A DNA stretch of 16,433 nucleotides from Octopus sinensis. Its lineage: Eukaryota. Made by a program: the position numbers and the translations under genes. Positions within the stretch are counted from its first letter, which is position 1. Every line of letters starts with the position of its first letter. The stretch spans positions 1 through 16,433 of the forward strand of contig NW_021825141.1 of assembly GCF_006345805.1 (NCBI RefSeq). The letters are read 5' to 3'. The notes beneath the pieces are model-generated. The model saw nothing but the letters and a program-made list of their open reading frames with translations, searched no databases and was not told the origin of the DNA. Below are positions 9,560-16,433 of the stretch, one piece after another.

Positions 9560-10235
9560 TATGAAAAAATATAAAAAGTGGACAAGAACGCAAAACATCC
9601 AGACAGGTGATCCAAAAAAGTGACAACAAAACATCCAAACGGACGATACAAAGAAAACAAGGATGGGTAATTCGGAGTTTTCCTTCCTCAGTCGAGTTCC
9701 AGATTATCTTTGCAATTTCGGTTGGTTATACTCGAGATTGCTCCAATCTAGCCAGCCCCAAGGAAAAACTAAGCTAAGAGCATTAGATTCCTCGGAAGAA
9801 AGCAGCGAATGTATGCGAAGACATGGACGGAAAAAAAAGAGAAATGTTACACAAATACAGATGCAAATAACAGGATATAACAACAGGTATCGACTAAGGA
9901 CGAATTAAATTAAGCTGGCGTGTGTGGAAGGAAAGCCTTACGGCAGGGACATAAGATTTGACAGGCACAGGGAGGAATATAGATGTTGCACGGATGGTAG
10001 TCGAACCAAGAAAGGTCAGGCTTGACCGAACACCGTCGCGTGGGGAGAGGAGAGAGGCAGAGACAGAGGGATAGAAGAATTAAGGAGGGGCGAGGAAAAA
10101 TGAAAGGGACAGAGTGAATTGAAAGCGGAGGGAAAGTGAGCATGAAGAAAAGGCCAGGAAATGTGAGAGAGGGGTAACAAAAGAACGAAGAGTGGAATGA
10201 ACGAAGTGTGAAAATACGCACATCATACGTACATA
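9560..10235. mobile_element. Unclassified interspersed repeat between TA tracts, possibly Penelope-like
   Basis: GC-richer block bounded by TA-rich runs with a degenerate minus-strand CUGAGGA-A-GGA-AAAC-UCC-GAAU (9692-9671) and an inverted copy of its right end. No recognisable protein. Confidence 0.35.
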
Positions 10236-10310
10236 TATATGTATGTTATATGTATATGTATATATATATACATACTATATTATATATATATTATATATAT
10301 ATATTATATA

Positions 10311-10381
<71 letters not shown>

Positions 10382-10436
10382 ATATACATATACATATATA
10401 CATACATTATATATATATGTATGTATATATGTATAG

Positions 10437-10486
<50 letters not shown>

Positions 10487-10580
10487 TATACACATATACA
10501 TATATACATACATATATATGTACGTATGCATGTGCGTATTTTCACACTTCGTTCATTCCACTATTCGTTCTTTCGTTTCC

Positions 10581-10587
<7 letters not shown>
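10165..10587. repeat. ~105-bp inverted repeat enclosing a (TA)-rich tract
   Basis: GAACGAAGAGTGGAATGAACGAAGTGTGAAAATACGCACAT(G)CATACGTACATATAT in 10165-10270 is the near-perfect reverse complement of about 10480-10587. Confidence 0.9.
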
Positions 10588-10639
<52 letters not shown>

Positions 10640-10668
10640 CATAGCCGTGTGTGTGTGTGTGTCTGTGT
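10588..10668. repeat. (TA)n plus (TG)n microsatellite
   Basis: Directly visible. Confidence 0.9.
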
Positions 10669-11087
10669 ACAGATGCTACGCAAATCTCTTATAATCTAAA
10701 GAGATAATAATTCACTCTTGACCTTCATCATAATATCTAAGTTTTCTATTTAATCCAGTCAAGCGAAAACAGAAAAAAAAGAAAGAAAAGAAAAAAAGAA
10801 ATCCGTATATTCTGTGAAAAATTACTGCTCAAGTGTCTAGCTTATGCGATAGCACTTGTTTTGTGTTGTTTTGTTTTAACCTCTTTACTTTATAGACCTT
10901 GTATTTGATTGTTTTGCGTTCTTTTTTGGACAGATCGATAACCATGAGCTGATTGATCTCAGTTTGATATGCTACAGTACAGCTCGTATCCGTTGGAATA
11001 TCCAGGCTTAGACAATATCGACTGAAAGAAATGTCTCTTTTCGATTATACAATATATTGGTAGCATTAACGATTCTTAATCGTGATA

Positions 11088-11180
11088 TTTCTTCTTCTTC
11101 TTCTTCTTCTTCTTCTTCTTCTTCTTCTTCTTCTTCTTCTTCTTCTTCTTCTTCTTCTTCTTCTTCTTCTTCTTCTTCTT

Positions 11181-11210
<30 letters not shown>
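11088..11210. repeat. (TTC)n microsatellite, about 40 perfect units
   Basis: Directly visible. Confidence 0.97.
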
Positions 11211-11211
<1 letters not shown>

Positions 11212-11276
11212 AAGCTACAACACAACAACGTTATCCATTTTAAGTTCTTTATTATCTAAAGTACCTATTTAACGTT

Positions 11277-11307
<31 letters not shown>

Positions 11308-11464
11308 CATACACATAAAAATATCGTGTACATTAAAACGCATTAAGAGGCTTCCAAATAGGAAAGCCTTGTGCTAGAAAGAGCAGTAGAAAACTCAAAC
11401 CACTAATTAGGGATAAATTCTCAAAAGGAATGAAAATTAAAAACGTTTACCATCTCATTTAGTT

Positions 11465-11531
11465 CCTAGACCATGGTTTCTGACTAATTTTAGTAAAAAG
11501 ATATTTACTGAGATCAGTCTTCATCAGTAGG
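11465..11531 (-). ncRNA. Type I hammerhead ribozyme with intact core (within Penelope-like fragment ~11310-11745)
   Basis: Minus strand reads CCUA-CUGAUGA-A-GACUGAU...AUUAGUC-A-GAA-ACCAUGGU-C/UAGG. Stem I is CCUA/UAGG, stem II has at least 7 bp, stem III is palindromic, and the cleavage triplet is GUC. Confidence 0.85.
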
Positions 11532-11610
11532 TAGCCTTTAGATTTTAAATATACACACAACTAGATCCGCATGTAAACTCGCTGCCTGTATATTCTAACT
11601 TTTCAAATCT

Positions 11611-11743
11611 ACTGCGCAGATGCAGTTTATTTCCGGCGACAGAGAGGATGCCGGTAACATTTCGAACAAATTTATCAAAAAATATTTAAACATAATAAAT
11701 ATTATCAGGGTAATATTATACATATAAACTGCATCTGCGCAGT
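11611..11743. repeat. Perfect 20-bp inverted repeat with 93-bp spacer
   Basis: ACTGCGCAGATGCAGTTTAT (11611-11630) and ATAAACTGCATCTGCGCAGT (11724-11743). Confidence 0.9.
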
Positions 11744-11913
11744 TATGTACATATATGTATGTATATATGCATATATTTATATATTATTCATATTATCATC
11801 AGTGGCCCAGCAACAAAATTTGCTAAGGGGGTGCAAACCCAGTTCCTAATTTTTTCATGAAAAATGTGGATTTTTCCAATATTAACATTAAAACATAATA
11901 ATTTTTATTATTA

Positions 11914-12168
11914 TGAGGGTCGGCTGAAATGTTCATAATCTGAGCAAGACGCTCTCAATGGAATATGACCAAATGAAGTTCATTTTCTAACATAGTTCCT
12001 CTTACTGTCCACACACTTCCATTAGTAGTTGCAGTGCTTGGGTCGCACTGGTGAAGAAGCTTTTCTGTTGATCAAAATGGTCATCAACAACAGATAAGAT
12101 GTTCTCATCATAGTGATACTGGTGCTCAGCTGAGTATTTTTCTATGTTGAGAAACATAGCTGATAGCC
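11914..12168 (-). mobile_element. Mariner 3'-end fragment, same family as 5788-6388
   Basis: TA-TGAGGGTCGGCTGAAATGTTCAT matches the TIR. The reverse complement aligns to 6160-6388 and reads FLNIEKYSAEHQYHYDENILSVVDDHFDQQ. Confidence 0.8.
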
Positions 12169-12494
12169 AATAAACACAATATTTTTTGCATTAATGCATA
12201 GTATATATAATAATGTGAGGTATATTTTGCATATTAAAATGTTTAATTTTGGAAATATATCAAGCAGAGCTAAAATAAGCAGTAAAAATACAAATTGCAA
12301 GTATTTCAAAATGGGGACACTAACAAAAAAAAAGGAAGAAAATAGTTGTGCTTGTGTTCCAAAGGTTCAATGAGAAGGCTCAGGAGAAGGATAAAAAGAT
12401 GGGGTAGAGGGAAGGAAGTTAGACGGAGAGAAAAGAATGAAAAGCGAAAAGGTAAACTGGGGATCTGAAATGAGTACTAGGTAGGAGATTAGCT

Positions 12495-12630
12495 CCTGTG
12501 CTGGTGGCACGTAAAAACAGCACCCACTACACTCCAAGAGTTGTTGGTGTTAGGAAGGGTATCCAGCTGTAGAAACACTGCCAGAAGTTGGAGACTGGTG
12601 CAGCCTCCTGGCTTCCCAGTTGAACCATTC
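12495..12630 (+). mobile_element. SINE/RTE-type interspersed repeat fragment
   Basis: GTTGGTGTTAGGAAGGGTATCCAGCTGTAGAAAC is a motif I recall from SINE and RTE 5' regions. There is no in-window homologue to confirm it. Confidence 0.5.
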
Positions 12631-12886
12631 AACTTTCCAGGAAGATTTCGACGAATTTTCCCGGAAGTTAGAAAATCATCGGAACTTTCCAGGAAGATTT
12701 CGACGAATTTTCCCGAAGGTTAGAAAATCATCGGAAATTTCCAGGTAGATTTCGACAAATTTCCCCGGAAGTTAGATAATCCTCGGAACTTTCCATGGAT
12801 TTTCCCGGAAGTTAGAAAATTTTCGGAACTTTCCAGGAAGTTTCAACGAATTTTCCCGGAAGTTAGAAAATCCTCGGAACTTTACA
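12631..12886. repeat. 52-bp minisatellite, about 5 units
   Basis: Unit AACTTTCCAGGAAGATTTCGACGAATTTTCCCGGAAGTTAGAAAATCATCGG starts at 12631, 12683, 12735, 12787 (40-bp deleted unit) and 12827, with a partial unit at 12878. Confidence 0.95.
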
Positions 12887-12919
12887 GTTTCAATAGCAGT
12901 CTCTTTTTATATTTCTTTC

Positions 12920-13090
12920 AATTTAGATAGGTAGTTGAACAGTTGATGGAACTCTAAATGTCAGATTGTTACAATAGAGTATTGTAGCCCATGATTTCAA
13001 ACGTAGTATATTTGCAAGCTTAGAGTATATAAATGTTCGTGCGTTAAAACTCTCTCCAGTGCCGAAGTTTGGAACATGTCCCTCCACAGT
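12920..13090 (-). mobile_element. CR1-group LINE ORF2 C-terminal fragment
   Basis: VEGHVPNFG...NNLTFRVP/QLFNYL resembles the C-terminal EG.VPN...P.LFN.LP motif of CR1-group ORF2. Confidence 0.5.
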
Positions 13091-13266
13091 TCTATATTTA
13101 AGAGATGAGGAATTATTTACATTATTTTCATTCGATGGATATTTGTCCTCATCTTGTTTGTTGTTAACACAACGTTTCGGCTGATATACTCTCCAGCCTT
13201 CATCAGGTGTCTTGGGGAAATTTCGAACCTGTGTTCTCATTCCTAAGGTATTTTTCGATGTTCCTT
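13091..13266 (-). mobile_element. Penelope-like terminal-repeat fragment inserted in LINE sequence
   Basis: Non-coding block between LINE coding remnants that contains a minimal hammerhead. Confidence 0.7.
13166..13211 (-). ncRNA. Minimal type I hammerhead ribozyme
   Basis: Minus strand reads GACAC-CUGAUGA-A-GGCUG-(10 nt)-CAGCC-GAA-ACGU-U/GUGUU. Stem I has 5 bp (one G-U), stem II has 5 bp, and stem III is the palindrome ACGU. Confidence 0.85.
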
Positions 13267-14135
13267 TTACGCAAGCTTAGACAAGCCCGCGCCCATTTGG
13301 GTGACCAAGTGCTGAACCTGTTCCAGGTGCTGAATGTCTTTCTGGAGATATGGGTTTGAGGTATGGATGTAATATTCGAGGATGGATCGAACAAGAGTGA
13401 TATATACATACCAAAAGGCGTCCATTGAAAGGTTGGCAAAGGATCGGTGGATGAGGAAAAGATTCCTTCTGGCTTTGTTCGCTGCCTCGATACCCTGCCG
13501 TGGTTGTTTGAAAGTAGTATCGATCATTATGCTGAGATCCTTTTCTTCAATGACCATCTTAAGGTGTTGATGTTTGTGGCCAATAGTCAAGGGAGAGTTT
13601 GGAGATGAACCTATTGGCAAATGGCTGCATTTTGATGCGTTCAAGTTCAGATTCCATTCTTCCGCCCAATTCCAAGCTCGGTTCAGCGACGATTGGAGTA
13701 TGTTGTATTGATTCCTATGTGAGACAAGTTTGACGTCGTCTGCAAATAGGAGAACTCTTCCATCAAAAAAATCTGGCAGGTCGTTGATATAGAGAAGGAA
13801 AAGTATTGGCCCCAGCACCGACCCCTGGGGAATGCCGCTGCATGCATTCGTCTCCGCGGAGAGATCTCCATTTATCTGCACCCAAAAGGTTCTGTAGCTC
13901 AGGAAGGAAGAAATCCACAAAGTCACCAATGGATGAATCTTGAATGCTCGAAGTTTGCGCAAGAGAAGTCAGTGATTAACGGAGTCAAACGCCTTTGCGA
14001 AGTCCAAAAATGCCACGCACACCAAGTATTTTTCATCCATGGTTCTTGTAATCCATTCTTCAAGAAAGAGAAGATTTGTTAGACAAGATCTTTAGGGTAG
14101 AAATCCATACGGCGAGTCGGATATTTCTTTGTACC
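13267..14135 (-). pseudogene. CR1-group LINE reverse transcriptase (pseudogenised)
   Basis: YGFLP*RSCLTNLL, FLDFAKAFDSVNH*, SGIPQGSVLGPILFLLYINDLP, LFADDVKL and WNLNLNASKC, with in-frame stops. Confidence 0.93.
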
Positions 14136-14144
14136 ATATACAGA

Positions 14145-14500
14145 TAATTGTATAATGCTTTGGTTGGAAATAGCTGTGGGAATGACCTGAACATTGTGAA
14201 TAAAAACAAAGTCGAGTGTGTTATTTTCTCCTAATTGGACGGGTAATGATTTGTTGTATGGGAAAGTCTTTTGTTGTATTGAGGAAAGGGTTCATATCCC
14301 TCCACTTCAGTTGCTTAGTTCCAGGCTGGATATAATCCTCGGACCAGCTAAGATTAGTAAAATTAAAGACTCCTGTTAAATGCATATTAGCCTGTGTGCT
14401 GGCCTCAGCTAGGGTTAGACTTATGAGCAAAAACAAAAAGCACCTCTGAAGTGATCTTCGTGGTTAACCGCGTCAGGATGACGGTAGGTAATGCTTTTAA
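14145..14500 (-). pseudogene. LINE APE-type endonuclease fragment
   Basis: YRHPD (YRPP-like), GVFNF (GDFN-like), QQIITRPIR/NTLDFVF (PTR..NTLDL-like) and SNQ (SDH-like) occur in the expected order. It abuts the RT with the linker missing. Confidence 0.7.
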
Positions 14501-14694
14501 TATCATTTCCTTTTTATATAAATTAGTCTGAAATTGTCGAATACATTTCTTTGCAAATTAGGTAATTTTGGGCTTGGTCTGCAATCATTTATAGTTAAAT
14601 GTTTCCTTTCAAAATCTTTTTTTTTTTATTAAACTGGACTAGTATTTCGAATGAGCAATAAGTATCAAAGCATTTAACAATGAGCATTAAATAA

Positions 14695-14940
14695 AGGGTA
14701 AAGACCCCCTTCGGTCATGAATGACCATGGGATTGCACCTAGAAAGTTACCCTCCTAGACACAAGTCCGGGCAAGGTTGTTTATGGAAGACCAGCAGTCG
14801 CCCATGCATACCAGCCTCCCCTCTCCACGCCACCAGTGTTATCCAAGGGAAAGACATAGGTCGATACAGCTTGGCACCAGTGACGTCGCAACTCATTTCT
14901 ACAGCTGAGTGAACTGGAGCAACGTGAAATAAAGTGCCTT
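14695..14940 (-). mobile_element. 5'-truncated SINE
   Basis: 14891-14940 is nearly identical to 1220-1270; the remaining tail differs and the tRNA head is absent. Confidence 0.8.
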
Positions 14941-15637
14941 ATCAAAGATAAAAATATATCATTTTGTTCCCTTATCAAACTTTGGACCTAACAACCTAAA
15001 TGAGAAAACCGATAAGACTGAAAGAATTTTTAAAGGGCACTTATTTTTAGGCTGAGGTCAAACAGTCGAATCCATTCAACCATGTCGTCAGTCTTTAGCA
15101 ACATCAACTACAAAGAACTTGAGAGAGGTGACAGACTGAAAGAGGACAAGAACCATCACACATTTTCAGCATTGCAAGATTTTGGAGTTATTTTTGTCAG
15201 AATAGTGCTGTCTTCAAGAATCCAAGTAATGCTATGTATTGAAGAGTAGCCGTAGATGCTGGTCATGTTGTCGTTCTTGTTGTTTGCTGCTACTGTTGTT
15301 GTTGTTGTCACATACTTTTTATTTTGACGTTATTTTGCTTCAGAAGTTGGTTAGTCATAAATTCCCTTGGGAATTTTAAGCCCAGCTTCATCACTTTTAC
15401 TTATTTATTTTTGTTCTTTGTTTTTGCTTTGAAACGAAATCTAGCTTCAAGCATCTTATACAGATAATTTTTTAGACACTATTTTCTGAAACTGGTAAAA
15501 TTATGTAGAGGGTGCAAATTTTGATCTTGCACCTCCTGAAAATTCTAAGGGGTGCAGGTGCGCCGCTGCTGCAACCCTGTTCCCGGGCCCTTGATTATTA
15601 TATGATCGAACGCCACGCATCCTTTTCGAAGTAAGTT

Positions 15638-15803
<166 letters not shown>

Positions 15804-16433
15804 AACGTTTCTTACTACTTTAAGCTTAAGGATATAGAATACTCGCGGGAATAAATAAGATGCAAACGATTTTAGTGAATAAAACAGAATATAAGTAATA
15901 TGTAATATATAATAAATGTCGTCAGGAAAATTGAAAGTGAAGAAAAGCCTAAATAAAAACAAAGCCTACATTTATACACTACATTTATACACTAGCCAAT
16001 ATATGAACAATATACAATACATCAAAAATAGAAATGTAAATTAAGTTCTTGTTATAAAAGAAGCAATACGTTTAAATCCGTGAGGAATACTAGTTGGTGT
16101 GCTTATACCATATATTTATTATATTAACATCGATGTCGTCTGATGAAGAAACACTACAGATGATGGTAACTTCGCAATTTAACAAATCGAATATATTTGG
16201 TTCGCTAAAAGATATATTTATTATGAATGAAGAAAAAAAATTTCAAATAGATAAATGAATGAACAAATATATGAATAAAATAAATATTTAAAAAATAAAA
16301 TAAAATCTCATGCAAAACCCCCGCCCGGATCTTGTCAAATACGGAACAAAAATGCTGGCCTTTGATCTTTTCACTTGAAATACATAAGTTATATTACGAT
16401 CGAACTTCACTGAGGAAAGTAACAAAAGCGTTA

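Larger units (their letters stand above)
11800..15593. mobile_element. Putative non-autonomous hAT transposon hosting nested insertions
   Basis: Termini CAGTGGCCCAGCAAC versus reverse-complemented CAAGGGCCCGGGAAC (11/15). 8-bp flanks ATTATCAT (11792-11799) and ATTATTAT (15594-15601). Subterminal GGGTGCA motifs cluster at both ends. No transposase was recognised. Confidence 0.65.

Noticed and set aside
9665-9810. Ribozyme in the minus-strand structured region (CUGAGGA-GGA/UCC-GAAU plus nearby hairpins)
   Set aside because: GAAA is broken and stems I and III cannot be closed convincingly, so it is noted only as a degenerate motif.
12631-12886. CRISPR-like array
   Set aside because: The units are head-to-tail with no unique spacers, the context is eukaryotic, and no cas genes are present.
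12920-14500. A single intact LINE ORF2
   Set aside because: There are stops, the EN-RT linker is missing, and an insertion interrupts it. The RT and the flanking EN and C-terminal pieces may even come from different families.
14945-15290. hAT transposase remnant
   Set aside because: The frames I translated by hand gave no recognisable motif. A tBLASTx or HMM search would be needed.

Overview
AT-rich, microsatellite-dense eukaryotic non-coding DNA made almost entirely of nested, decayed transposable elements. The SINE types and the (TA)/(TACA)/(TATC) load suggest an octopus or other cephalopod genome (inference from recall, no search run). No intact host gene or intact transposon ORF is visible, and most listed ORFs are microsatellite artefacts. 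Identifiable contents: three diverged, co-oriented fragments of an R4/Dong-like restriction-endonuclease (RLE) non-LTR retrotransposon, each preceded by a (TACA)n tract; several tRNA-derived SINEs; a decayed L1/Tx1-type ORF1; two mariner pieces; an internally deleted DD37D (maT) element; a 3.8-kb putative hAT element carrying nested inserts; CR1-group LINE fragments; a 52-bp minisatellite; and several type I hammerhead ribozyme motifs of the Penelope/retrozyme kind. The most notable signals are the apparent (TACA)n association of the RLE retrotransposon, the hammerhead motifs with palindromic stem III, and a mariner/maT chimera.
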